Source: Armatimonadota bacterium (GTDB taxonomy: Bacteria > Sysuimicrobiota > Sysuimicrobiia > Sysuimicrobiales > Humicultoraceae). Taken from it: a stretch of 28,390 nucleotides of DNA. The stretch's first letter is position 1. Each line of letters opens with the position of its first letter. The notes beneath the pieces are model-generated. The model was not told the origin of the DNA. It saw only the letters and a list, made by a program, of their open reading frames with translations, and did no database searches. The DNA is taken from NCBI GenBank assembly GCA_052386995.1, contig JBQTJP010000030.1:1-28390 (forward strand). Reading direction: 5' to 3'. Positions 16,731 through 25,316 of this stretch are shown here, in pieces. Made by a program: the position numbers and the translations under genes.

Positions 16731-19255
16731 GACAGGTCGTCCGGATCCTCGGCCGATCCTTCCCGGGGCGGCGCATCGGGCACGGGCTCGCTCGATGGGA
16801 CCTCCTCGCGGGCCGGTTCCTCGCGGGCGCCGTCTTCGCGCGTACCCCGCGGCGGGATGAAGCGGCGAAGGCGGTCGGCAAGCTCGCCGAGCCGCTGGGC
16901 CACCAGGAAGTTCACCGTGCCCTCGGGGTAGTTGCCATCGGCATCGGCCTCGCCCGCCGGCGTGCCGGTGAGCACCTCGACGCCCTCGTCGATCGTCCGC
17001 ACCGCCCAGACATGAAAGCGCCCGTCGCGGATTGCGCCGGTCACTTCATCGTTGAGCATGAGGTTGCGCAGGTTCTGGTGCGGAATCACAACGCCCTGGC
17101 GGCCGGTCAGTCCCAGCGTCTTGCAGACATAGTAGTAGCCCTCGATTTTCTCGTTGGCGCCGCCGATGGGCTGGATCTCGCCTTTCTGATTGACCGAGCC
17201 CGTGACCGCGACCCCCTGATCGATCGGCAGGCCAGAGAGGTCGCTGAGCAGCGCGTAGAGCTCGGTCGACGACGCCGAGTCGCCCTCGACCTCTTCGTAG
17301 GTCTGCTCGAAGGTCAACGACGCATTGAGCGAAAGCGGCCGCTGCTGCGCGAACTTACCGCCGAGATAGGCCGCCAGCGTGAAGACGCCCTTGCTGTGAA
17401 TCCGGCCCGACAGCTGGATTTCACGCTCGATGTTGAGGACCCCGCGGCCTCCAACGTACACACGCGCCGTGATCCTGGCCGGCCGGCCGAACGCGTAGTC
17501 TCCGAGCATCAGGACCGACAAGCCGTTGATCTGCCCACGCACCTTTCCGTCGATCGTGACCAGCAACTGCCCCTCCCGGATCAAATCCCGGATGCGTTCC
17601 TCGACGCGGTTACTCCGGCGGATATACTCGTCGATCGCGCGCCGCACGTGCTCCGCCGAGACGACAGACGCGCCCTCGCTCTTCGCCCATGCCGCTGCCT
17701 CGTAAATGACGTCGATCACCTCGTTGAAGCGCATTGAGAGACGGTACTGGTCGCTGGCGATACGCGCGCTCTGCTCGAGGGTCCGCGCCACGGCGCTTCG
17801 GTCGAATGGGAGCAGCCCCTGGCGCCGGCAGATGGTGCCGATGGCGCGTGCGTACTCGAGCATGTTCGCGTCGGTCCGCTCCATGTCGATGTCGAAGTCG
17901 GCCTTGATCTTGAACAGCTTGGCGAAGTCGTCGTCGTACTGGTAGAGCAGATGGTAGACGAGCGTGGCGCCGATGACGATCACCTTCACGTCCAGCGGAA
18001 TCGGCTCCGGCCGCAGCGTGGCCGTGGGGAGGAACTGCTCGCCCAGAGTCTCGATCCGGATCATCGACGGGCTCTTCAGCGCGCGCTTGAGGGCCTCCCA
18101 GGACAGCGGCGAGGTCAGCAGGTCGCGGGCCTGCAGGATCAGGTAGCCGCCGTTGGCCCGGTGGAGCGCGCCCGACTTGATCATCGTAAGGTCTGTCACC
18201 ATGGCGCCGAACTCGCCGCGGTACTCGGTCTTTCCGAAGAGGTTGTAGTACGTCGGGTTAGGCTCGACGACCACGGGCGCCCCTTTGGTCTGGCTGTTGT
18301 CGATCAGCAGATTGACGCGGTATCGCGTGAACTCGGTCCGCCGCTGGGGAAGGAACGGCAGCGGGGCGGGCGGCTGCTCGGCCTCATCCTTGAAGTCATC
18401 GTGGCGCTCGACGACATCGGCCAGGAAGTGGTCGAGCCATTCGGTGATGCGCGAATGGTTGGCGTATTGCTGCTTCAGCGTCTCGACTGCTCCGCTCGCC
18501 ACAGACAGCACGGCGGACCGCTCCAGTTCTTGCAGCGCGTCCTTGGCTTGCCGCTCGATGGCGCGCACCTTGCGCGTGGCATCAGCGACCGTTTCTTGCA
18601 GAGCCCGATGACGACGTTCCAGCTCCTGACGGTGAGCCGGCGTGAGCTGGGCGATTTGCTCATCAGTCAGCGGCTCGCCGGCGGGCGAGGTGGGAACCGT
18701 GGCAATCCCAATGGGGGTCCGTTGCAGCGCAAAACCCTGGCGCCGGGCCTCTTGCTCGAGATCCCGCCAGAGCACGTTGGCCTGCTGCTCGAACTGCTGC
18801 ACGACCCCGCTGCGTCTGGCTTCAAACGTCTCACTGGCAAAAAGCCGGCGAATGGCGTCCTTCAGGTCGTCGACCAGGCGCTCGATCTCGCGCCTGAAGC
18901 GCACACCATCCCCGGCCGGCAATGCTATGGCGATGGGCTGATCGGGCTGGGTGAAGTTGTGCACATAGATCCAGTCTGAAGGCACGGGCCGGCCGGCCGC
19001 CACTTTGGTCACTTTACTCAGGCTGTAGGTGTTGCGGCCGGTGCCGACGGGTCCGGTGACGAAAATGTTGTAGCCGGTCTGGGGCACCGTGAGGCCGAAG
19101 TCGATCGCCCGCACGGCCCGCTCCTGCCCCACGATGCTCTCCCCGGCGGGAAGGTCCTCGGTGGTGTTGAAGGGCAGGGCCTCGGGCCGGCAGGTCCAGC
19201 GGACCTGCCCGGCGGAGACCTGCCGGGGGGCGCGAAATTCATCAACGGATGCCAT
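16727..19255 (-). CDS. LonC-type (AAA_32 + Lon_C) protease
   Basis: GQERAVRAIDFG, atypical Walker A GPVGTGRNT, coiled-coil insertion, GALHRANGGYL, LRPEPIPLDVKV, Ser-Lys dyad EGDSASS ... GGANEKIEG. Start is probably ATG19255 (alternative 19300). Confidence 0.92.
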   Translation of the reverse strand: MASVDEFRAPRQVSAGQVRWTCRPEALPFNTTEDLPAGESIVGQERAVRAIDFGLTVPQTGYNIFVTGPVGTGRNTYSLSKVTKVAAGRPVPSDWIYVHNFTQPDQPIAIALPAGDGVRFRREIERLVDDLKDAIRRLFASETFEARRSGVVQQFEQQANVLWRDLEQEARRQGFALQRTPIGIATVPTSPAGEPLTDEQIAQLTPAHRQELERRHRALQETVADATRKVRAIERQAKDALQELERSAVLSVASGAVETLKQQYANHSRITEWLDHFLADVVERHDDFKDEAEQPPAPLPFLPQRRTEFTRYRVNLLIDNSQTKGAPVVVEPNPTYYNLFGKTEYRGEFGAMVTDLTMIKSGALHRANGGYLILQARDLLTSPLSWEALKRALKSPSMIRIETLGEQFLPTATLRPEPIPLDVKVIVIGATLVYHLLYQYDDDFAKLFKIKADFDIDMERTDANMLEYARAIGTICRRQGLLPFDRSAVARTLEQSARIASDQYRLSMRFNEVIDVIYEAAAWAKSEGASVVSAEHVRRAIDEYIRRSNRVEERIRDLIREGQLLVTIDGKVRGQINGLSVLMLGDYAFGRPARITARVYVGGRGVLNIEREIQLSGRIHSKGVFTLAAYLGGKFAQQRPLSLNASLTFEQTYEEVEGDSASSTELYALLSDLSGLPIDQGVAVTGSVNQKGEIQPIGGANEKIEGYYYVCKTLGLTGRQGVVIPHQNLRNLMLNDEVTGAIRDGRFHVWAVRTIDEGVEVLTGTPAGEADADGNYPEGTVNFLVAQRLGELADRLRRFIPPRGTREDGAREEPAREEVPSSEPVPDAPPREGSAEDPDDLS

Positions 19256-19505
19256 GACAACACAGTTCGAAGGCGGCGTAAGGCTCTCCTGTGGCACCAT
19301 TCGCTGGTTTGACGCACGCCGCGGCTATGGTTTCATTGTTCCCCGCGATGGCGGTGTGGACGTATTCCTCCACCGCCGCGTCCTGCAGCGGGCGGGCCTT
19401 CGGCGGATCGCGCCCGGCGCGCGCGTCTGCTACGAGGCGGAGCGCACCCCGGCGGGGATCAAGGCGACCAGACTCGAAGTGCAGGAGGAACCACCGCGCG
19501 GGTAA
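19254..19505 (+). CDS. Cold-shock domain protein (divergent, Arg-rich)
   Basis: GTIRWFDARRGYGFI (RNP1) and DVFLH (RNP2), ending GIKATRL. ATG19254 is the only canonical start close to the domain. Confidence 0.8.
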   Translation: MTTQFEGGVRLSCGTIRWFDARRGYGFIVPRDGGVDVFLHRRVLQRAGLRRIAPGARVCYEAERTPAGIKATRLEVQEEPPRG

Positions 19506-19551
19506 ACACCGAACGCGATACGGGAAGATTCCGGTGCCGGAGGCGATCCGT

Positions 19552-19839
19552 ATGGCGACGTTCTTAATGCTCAGCAACCTGACCGACGAAGGGGCGGCGA
19601 CGATCAAGAAGAACCCGGCCCGCATCAAAGAGGTCAACAAAGAGGTCGAGGCGATGGGCGTCAAGATCGTCTCGCAGTACGCCGTGGTCGGCCCGTTTGA
19701 CTTCGCGACGATTCTGGAGGCGCCGAGCATCGAGGTGGTGGCCCGCGTCTCGGTCGAAATGGGCGCGCGCGGCAGTGTGAAGATCCAGACCCTGCCACTG
19801 ATCCCGATCGACACGTTCATCTCGGGCGTGAAGCGCTAG
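19552..19839 (+). CDS. GYD domain protein
   Basis: GGAGG Shine-Dalgarno; MATFLMLSNLTDEG...YAVVGPFDFATILEAP...GSVKIQTL; 95 aa. Confidence 0.88.
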   Translation: MATFLMLSNLTDEGAATIKKNPARIKEVNKEVEAMGVKIVSQYAVVGPFDFATILEAPSIEVVARVSVEMGARGSVKIQTLPLIPIDTFISGVKR

Positions 19840-19851
19840 CGAAAATGCCTC

Positions 19852-19876
19852 GCCGGCCGGTTGGCCGCCGGCCGGT
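19852..19876. terminator. GC-rich hairpin between convergent genes (possible bidirectional terminator)
   Basis: CCGGCCGG...CCGGCCGG inverted repeat with no clear U-tract. Confidence 0.4.
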
Positions 19877-20245
19877 CTACGCCTCGCTCTTGGGGCCGTG
19901 CCTGGGCTTTTCTACCGATGGGAATGGGATGAGACCGGTCTGCCGCTTTTGCGCGGGCTTCTTGGACTGCGGCACACGCGGGTGGTGCTGGATGTTCATG
20001 TCGAGCTTCTTCCCGCACTCGCAGACCAGGTGAAGGGTCTGCGAGGCGTCGACCCAGATGTTGCCTTGAGCCTCGGCCCGGGCCTGGGCGTGCTCGATCG
20101 CGCCCGTCGCCCGCTCGGCGTCGTCTTCAGCCGCGCCCATCTCTCGCGTGCCGCTGCCCGAGAGCTCATACATCAGGGCCTTCGAATAGTAGACGGTGTA
20201 GCGCCGGCCGCAGCCGCCGCAGGGAAAAGTGAAGATGAGCGCCAT
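19877..20245 (-). CDS. Hypothetical protein with split Zn-ribbon-like motifs
   Basis: CGGC near the N-terminus and CECG near the C-terminus; ATG20245. Confidence 0.7.
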   Translation of the reverse strand: MALIFTFPCGGCGRRYTVYYSKALMYELSGSGTREMGAAEDDAERATGAIEHAQARAEAQGNIWVDASQTLHLVCECGKKLDMNIQHHPRVPQSKKPAQKRQTGLIPFPSVEKPRHGPKSEA

Positions 20246-20254
20246 GGCCCCTTC

Positions 20255-20284
20255 ATTGTAAGCAATTTGCCTGGCCACGCGCAA
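20255..20284 (-). promoter_or_regulatory. Putative sigma70-type promoter
   Basis: TTGCGC-N18-TACAAT on the minus strand, 9 nt before ATG20245. Confidence 0.5.
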
Positions 20285-20291
20285 ACCTACG

Positions 20292-21851
20292 CTACTTCAC
20301 AGGCCGTACTAACAATCCTACTCGGAGGCCCTTGAAGTCGTTGACAACGGCGCGTTTGTAGCCCCGGTCCTCGATAGCCTTGAGCAGATCCTCTACGCTA
20401 CCTTCAGGAATAGGGGGACTGTAGACGAGCCACACCTTCCGGTCCCCTGAGGTCAGTGATTGCGCGACTCCCCGGATCGCGGGCAGAAGGGATTCCCTCG
20501 TCCACCTCTCGCGCTCCAGCGGAATGCCGAGCTCCTTCCCGGGCGGATTAAAATAGAAGTGAAATCCCCTGTTGATGCCACCCGGGAGAAAGATTACCAC
20601 GTCGTCTTCTTGATAGAGATTCTTTACCAACCGGGCGGCCAGGTCATACCGGTAGAGCTGATATTCAGGATTGCTCTGGAGATTCTCGACGGCGGGCGCC
20701 ATGAAGGTCAGTATGCCGATCGCTGCCACCAGCGTCACCAGATGCGCGGGCGCCCTGGCGACCGTGTCGCGGAAGTGGACAACCCCGGCCGCGACGAACA
20801 GCGCGAGGAACGGGGCCAGGAAATTGAGGTGGTAATGGTACGCTGCGACCTGCCCGAGTGCCAGCGACACGATCACCACAAGCGCGGCGGGGACGGCCCA
20901 GCACAGCGCCACCAGGCCGCGCGCAGGCCTGTTGACTACACCCAGCGCGTGAAATCCGACCCCGGCCAGCAGCACAAACGTGAACAGGAGGAGGCCGTAG
21001 TACTTCAGCTCGAGGGCCTGCGTGATATGGTACGACACCGCGTTGAAGACATATCCGCCAAAGGTCTGCGCGGCGACGAGCTCGGGCAGGTAAGTCGGCC
21101 AGATCGGCTGCGCTCTCCACAACAACGGGTTGCCGCGCAGAAAGCCTGCGAGAGGAACCAGTTGCGGGGCCCACGGCGCGTACAGCACCGCGGCCGTGGC
21201 GGCGGCGACGCCGATCTGGCGAAATGCGACGCGCGGCTTCTCGTGCAACAAGATCCACGCCAGGTGCGCCGGAATGAGCAGGAACGAGTAGTAGCTGATG
21301 TAGGCCATGAGGGCGAGGGAGGCGCCGTAGGCGATCCACCAACGATAACCGAGCGAGGACCGCGCGCGCCATAGGATGAGGGTCGAGGAGAGAGCCAGAA
21401 ATTCAAGCGGCATGTACATGCGCAGTTCGTTTGAGGCGAAGATCTGAAACGGATTCAGCGCCAGCAGCGCCGCGGCGCCGACCCCGACAGCCGGCGAAAA
21501 GAGCCTGCGGCCGAGCCACCAGGTGAGCACCACGGCCGCGATGCCGAAGATCGCAGAGAGCGAGCGCATCGTCGCCAGGTCCTCACCGAATGCGCCGATC
21601 CAGTGCGATAACAGGAAGTAGTACCCGATCGGGTGCGCATCGTTTATTCGCAGTTGCGCGAGCAGGTCAAAGAACCCCCGGCGCGCCAGGTCGAGGCTGA
21701 ACGCTTCGTCCGGCCACAGGTTGCGCGTGCCAAGCCGCTCCCATCGCACCAGAGCAGCCAGACCGGTCACCGACGTCACCGCAAGCGCTTCCCACGGCAA
21801 GGCCACTCTGGGTTTTGCGCTCACCATGACGGTGCCACTCTTCGCAGACAT
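20292..21851 (-). CDS. GT-C fold glycosyltransferase (GT39/PMT/ArnT-like)
   Basis: LWPDEAFS (DE motif), DAHPIGYY, RSLSAIFG, NPFQIFASNELRMY, many TM helices and a soluble C-terminal domain. Confidence 0.88.
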   Translation of the reverse strand: MSAKSGTVMVSAKPRVALPWEALAVTSVTGLAALVRWERLGTRNLWPDEAFSLDLARRGFFDLLAQLRINDAHPIGYYFLLSHWIGAFGEDLATMRSLSAIFGIAAVVLTWWLGRRLFSPAVGVGAAALLALNPFQIFASNELRMYMPLEFLALSSTLILWRARSSLGYRWWIAYGASLALMAYISYYSFLLIPAHLAWILLHEKPRVAFRQIGVAAATAAVLYAPWAPQLVPLAGFLRGNPLLWRAQPIWPTYLPELVAAQTFGGYVFNAVSYHITQALELKYYGLLLFTFVLLAGVGFHALGVVNRPARGLVALCWAVPAALVVIVSLALGQVAAYHYHLNFLAPFLALFVAAGVVHFRDTVARAPAHLVTLVAAIGILTFMAPAVENLQSNPEYQLYRYDLAARLVKNLYQEDDVVIFLPGGINRGFHFYFNPPGKELGIPLERERWTRESLLPAIRGVAQSLTSGDRKVWLVYSPPIPEGSVEDLLKAIEDRGYKRAVVNDFKGLRVGLLVRPVK

Positions 21852-21904
21852 CACTAAACCACCTGCCCATCGGCCGCGTCCGTCATACCAGATGAGGTGA
21901 TCGC

Positions 21905-23314
21905 ATGCGTCTGACCCCCATGCTTCCGCGCGTCCTCTACGCTGCCGCGGCCGCGATCCTGCTGTGGGGGCTCGCGGCGCAGCTCGGCCGCGCGCCCACG
22001 ACCGCCGCACCGGCCCCGGCGGGCAGGCCCACGCTGGTCGTCATCATCACCGATGACCAGCGGCACGACACCATTCCGCACATGCCAATCCTGCAGCGCG
22101 AGCTCGTCGCGCGCGGCGTGACGTTTGTGAACGCGACCGTCACCACGCCGTTGTGCTGTCCCAGCCGCGCAAGCCTGCTGCGCGGGCAGTACGCGCACAA
22201 CACCGGCGTGCTGACCAACGGCAGCGGAGAAAGCGGCGATCGGCAGAGCCGGTGGCCAGGGGGCGCGGAGGCATTTCCCGAGCAGTCGACCCTGGCAACA
22301 TGGCTGAGGGCCGCCGGGTATCGCACCGGCCTGTTCGGCAAATACCTCAACGGCTACATGCAGTCAAGCCGCCGTGTCCCGCCGGGATGGGACGAGTGGC
22401 ACGTGTTCTCTGGAGGCTTCTTCAATTACCCCCTCAACGAGAACGGCACAGTGCGCCGGTACGGCCGCGAGCCCGAAGATTACAGCACGGACGTGGCCGC
22501 TCGCAAGGCGGTGGCGTTCATCGAGCAGGGCGGTCAGGCGCCGCTGTTCGTGTACTACGCTCCGTTCGCGCCGCACGCGCCGACGACGCCTCATCCACAG
22601 GATGCCACCGGTTTCTCTGACCTGGCGCCGTGGCGCCCTCCGTCGTACAACGAGCAGGATGTCTCCGACAAGCCCGTATGGGTCCAGCGGCTGCCCGTGC
22701 TGACGGCGCAACGGCAGGCTCAGGGGGATGAGTTCCGCCGTAACCAGCTCCGCGCCTTACAGGCGGTCGATCGCGCGATCGGGCAGATCATCGAGGCGCT
22801 GCGGCGCACCGGCCGCCTGGAAAACAGCGTGATCGTGTTCACGGCGGACAACGGCCTGTCGTGGGGCGAACACCGTTGGTTGGACCGCAAGGGCGTCGCC
22901 TATGACGAAGCGATCCGCGTGCCGCTTGTCGTGCGTGGCCCCGGCGTCCCGTCGGGACGCACCGATCCGCGCTTCGTGCAGAACATCGATATCGCGCCGA
23001 CGTTCGCAGAGCTCGCCGATGCCCGGCCCGATATCCGCGTGGACGGCCGCAGCCTCTTGCCACTGCTCCGCGGCGGAGAAGGTGCCTGGCGGGCCGAGAT
23101 CCTCCTCGAGCACTGGGGCGGACCGTCCGTCAGTTGGTCTGCGATTCGGACGGAACGTTGGAAGTACATAGAAAACGAGGCGGGCGACCGCGAACTGTAC
23201 GACCTGACCGCCGATCCCTATGAGATGACGAACAGCGTCAACGATGCCCGGCACGCCCAAACCGTCGCCCACTTGCGCATGCGGCTCGACGCGCTCCGTC
23301 GCGCAGGCAAATGA
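21905..23314 (+). CDS. Cys-type S1 sulfatase (N-acetylglucosamine-6-sulfatase-like), exported
   Basis: IITDDQ, CCPSRASLLRGQYAHN (CxPxR), GYRTGLFGKYLNGY, PPGWDEW, APHAP, ADNG...GEH, ELYDL..DPYE; hydrophobic N-terminus. Confidence 0.92.
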   Translation: MRLTPMLPRVLYAAAAAILLWGLAAQLGRAPTTAAPAPAGRPTLVVIITDDQRHDTIPHMPILQRELVARGVTFVNATVTTPLCCPSRASLLRGQYAHNTGVLTNGSGESGDRQSRWPGGAEAFPEQSTLATWLRAAGYRTGLFGKYLNGYMQSSRRVPPGWDEWHVFSGGFFNYPLNENGTVRRYGREPEDYSTDVAARKAVAFIEQGGQAPLFVYYAPFAPHAPTTPHPQDATGFSDLAPWRPPSYNEQDVSDKPVWVQRLPVLTAQRQAQGDEFRRNQLRALQAVDRAIGQIIEALRRTGRLENSVIVFTADNGLSWGEHRWLDRKGVAYDEAIRVPLVVRGPGVPSGRTDPRFVQNIDIAPTFAELADARPDIRVDGRSLLPLLRGGEGAWRAEILLEHWGGPSVSWSAIRTERWKYIENEAGDRELYDLTADPYEMTNSVNDARHAQTVAHLRMRLDALRRAGK

Positions 23315-23347
23315 AGTCATCTCACCGGTGATCCGCGCGGCCAATTG

Positions 23348-23356
23348 TGCTACGCT
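23348..23356 (+). promoter_or_regulatory. Possible extended -10 element
   Basis: TG-C-TACGCT upstream of the 23391 ORF. Confidence 0.3.
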
Positions 23357-23390
23357 TGAAGTCAGTCCGGGCAGTGGTTGGGGGGCGAAG

Positions 23391-23885
23391 ATGATGTCCA
23401 GAGGGCTCGGCATCCTCGTAGTGGCAGCCGCGGTGGTTATCGCGGCCGGAATAGCCTACGCGGCCGGCTATGCGGCCGGTCAATCGGCGCCCGCCGCGGT
23501 CGACACGCCCTCCCCAACGGCACAGCCCGTCCAGGCACCACAGCCGGACCAGAGCATCCCGCCGGCGCCGGCTCCCGGTCAGATCGCGCCGCCCGGACAG
23601 ACACCCAATTTGCGCGAGTTCGTCCCGCTGCCCTTCCCAGGTGATCAGAATCCCGGGCAGCGTCCGGGCCAGCAGCAGGGTGACTGCGAGCCGATCATTC
23701 TCTTCTACCACAACGGGCAACTCTACCAGCTGCGGCCGGGCCCCGGCGATCGCAACGGGAACCGCCCGGGTGTCCCGCCGGAGTTCTATCAGTTGAATCC
23801 CTATCAGGGTCCGCCGATTCCCGGCCTGCCATTCCCCAGGCAGGATCGCGGCCCGGGGTTCACGCCGCTCAACCCCCGCTCGTAG
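23391..23885 (+). CDS. Pro/Gln-rich membrane-anchored or secreted hypothetical protein
   Basis: Hydrophobic N-terminus GLGILVVAAAVVIAAGIAYAAG and low-complexity arms around a short core CEPIILFYHNGQLYQL. Confidence 0.7.
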   Translation: MMSRGLGILVVAAAVVIAAGIAYAAGYAAGQSAPAAVDTPSPTAQPVQAPQPDQSIPPAPAPGQIAPPGQTPNLREFVPLPFPGDQNPGQRPGQQQGDCEPIILFYHNGQLYQLRPGPGDRNGNRPGVPPEFYQLNPYQGPPIPGLPFPRQDRGPGFTPLNPRS

Positions 23886-23897
23886 GGTTCCGCCCCA

Positions 23898-24200
23898 ATG
23901 GTCGACAGGGCGGCCACGAGCGCCATCGTTCAGCTGCCCTCGCCGCTGCGCGCACGCGCCGGCAACCGCACGTCCGTGCGCGCCGAAGGCGGCACGGTCC
24001 GCGCGATCATCGCTGACCTTGACCGGCAGTTCCCAGGTATGCGGACGGCACTCTGCGAAGAGACAGGGAATCTCCGGCCGTTCGTCAACATCTTCCTGGA
24101 GAACGAAAACATTCGCGACCTTCATGGACTCGATACGCCTGTGGCGGGAGTGGTGACCCTTCACGTGCTGCTCTCGGTCGCCGGCGGTGGTGAGAATTAG
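23898..24200 (+). CDS. MoaD/ThiS-family ubiquitin-like protein with C-terminal extension (..VAGG-GEN)
   Basis: Beta-grasp motifs LPSPLR, GGTVRAII.DL...FPG, LRPFVNIF, GLDTPV, SVAGG. Confidence 0.88.
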   Translation: MVDRAATSAIVQLPSPLRARAGNRTSVRAEGGTVRAIIADLDRQFPGMRTALCEETGNLRPFVNIFLENENIRDLHGLDTPVAGVVTLHVLLSVAGGGEN

Positions 24201-24212
24201 GGGGGAACGACC

Positions 24213-25316
24213 ATGGCGGCGAGGCGCAGATTTCCGAAGGGCACCGTGGTCTTGTCTGTGGGGACGAAGCGGGGGTTGTTCCTGCTCACGTCCAGCGATC
24301 GGCGGACATGGAAGTCCGAAGGACCCTTCCACGTGGGGAAGCGCGTGTATCACACCGCGCTCGATCTCCGCAACGGGCCGCGGCTCTACACCGCGGCGAA
24401 CGGCGACTTCTTCGGGTGCCAGATCCATTACAGCGACGACTTCGGCAGGACGTGGCAGGACCCCGAGGCCAGCGTCACCTTTCCTGAGGCCAGCGGGCTC
24501 AGCCTCAAGAACATCTGGATCATCGAGCCTGGCCGCTCCTCCGAGCCCGACACCGTGTACTGCGGGGTCGATCCCGCGGCCCTGTTCGTCAGCCACGACC
24601 GCGGCAGGACCTGGGAGATGAATCGAGGCCTGGAAAACCATCCCACACGGCGGCAGTGGCAACCCGGCGCCGGGGGCCTGTGTCTGCACTCCATCGTGAC
24701 GCATCCGACGAACCCGCAACGGATGTGGGTCGCCATTTCTGCCGTGGGGGTTATGCGCACCGATGACGGCGGGCGCACGTGGGTCTTCTGCAACAAAGGC
24801 ACGCGCGCCGATTTCTTGCCCGACAAGTATCCGGAGTTCGGGCAGTGCGTCCACAGGCTGCTGGCGCATCCTACGGATCACGACACGCTGTATCAGCAAA
24901 ATCACTGCAGCACCTACGTCTCGTCAAACGCCGGCGACGCCTGGATCGACATCCGCAACAACATGCCGTCAGATTTTGGCTTTCCGCTGGCGATGGATCC
25001 CCATCATCCCGACACGCTGTACGCGATTGTTGAGAGCCAGGACGCCCGCGCCAACATCACCGACCAGTTCACCGTGTACAGGTCCGAGAACGCCGGACGC
25101 CGGTGGGAGCGCCTCACGAACGGCCTCCCAAAGGGCCCGAACGTCCGGCTGGGTGTGCTGCGCCACGGGATGGCCACCGATACGCGCGATCCGTGCGGCG
25201 TGTACGTCGGCACGAACACCGGCCAGATCTTCGCCAGCCGGAACCGCGGCGACTCCTGGAAGTTGATCGCCGACTTCTTGCCGTCGATCTATTCCGTGAA
25301 CGCTGCGGTGCTTTGA
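24213..25316 (+). CDS. BNR/Asp-box beta-propeller protein ('sialidase-like', function unknown)
   Basis: VGTKRGLF start and seven Asp-box-like repeats (SSDRRTW, SDDFGRTW, SHDRGRTW, TDDGGRTW, SSNAGDAW, SENAGRRW, SRNRGDSW); no signal peptide. Confidence 0.88.
   Translation: MAARRRFPKGTVVLSVGTKRGLFLLTSSDRRTWKSEGPFHVGKRVYHTALDLRNGPRLYTAANGDFFGCQIHYSDDFGRTWQDPEASVTFPEASGLSLKNIWIIEPGRSSEPDTVYCGVDPAALFVSHDRGRTWEMNRGLENHPTRRQWQPGAGGLCLHSIVTHPTNPQRMWVAISAVGVMRTDDGGRTWVFCNKGTRADFLPDKYPEFGQCVHRLLAHPTDHDTLYQQNHCSTYVSSNAGDAWIDIRNNMPSDFGFPLAMDPHHPDTLYAIVESQDARANITDQFTVYRSENAGRRWERLTNGLPKGPNVRLGVLRHGMATDTRDPCGVYVGTNTGQIFASRNRGDSWKLIADFLPSIYSVNAAVL

Noticed and set aside
16801..16830. Short direct repeat CCTCGCGGGC twice
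   Set aside because: Encodes AREEPAREE in the low-complexity Lon tail and is neither a CRISPR nor a mobile-element repeat.
23322..24905. 527-aa minus-strand ORF spanning three genes
   Set aside because: Lies opposite three well-supported plus-strand genes and has no domain signature.
25103..25312. Long N-terminal extension of the MFS ORF
   Set aside because: Overlaps the propeller gene in another frame; the TTGA-coupled start at 25313 is more plausible.
24213..25316. Calling the propeller a true sialidase
   Set aside because: Asp-boxes are not diagnostic, and neither a RIP motif nor a signal peptide is visible.
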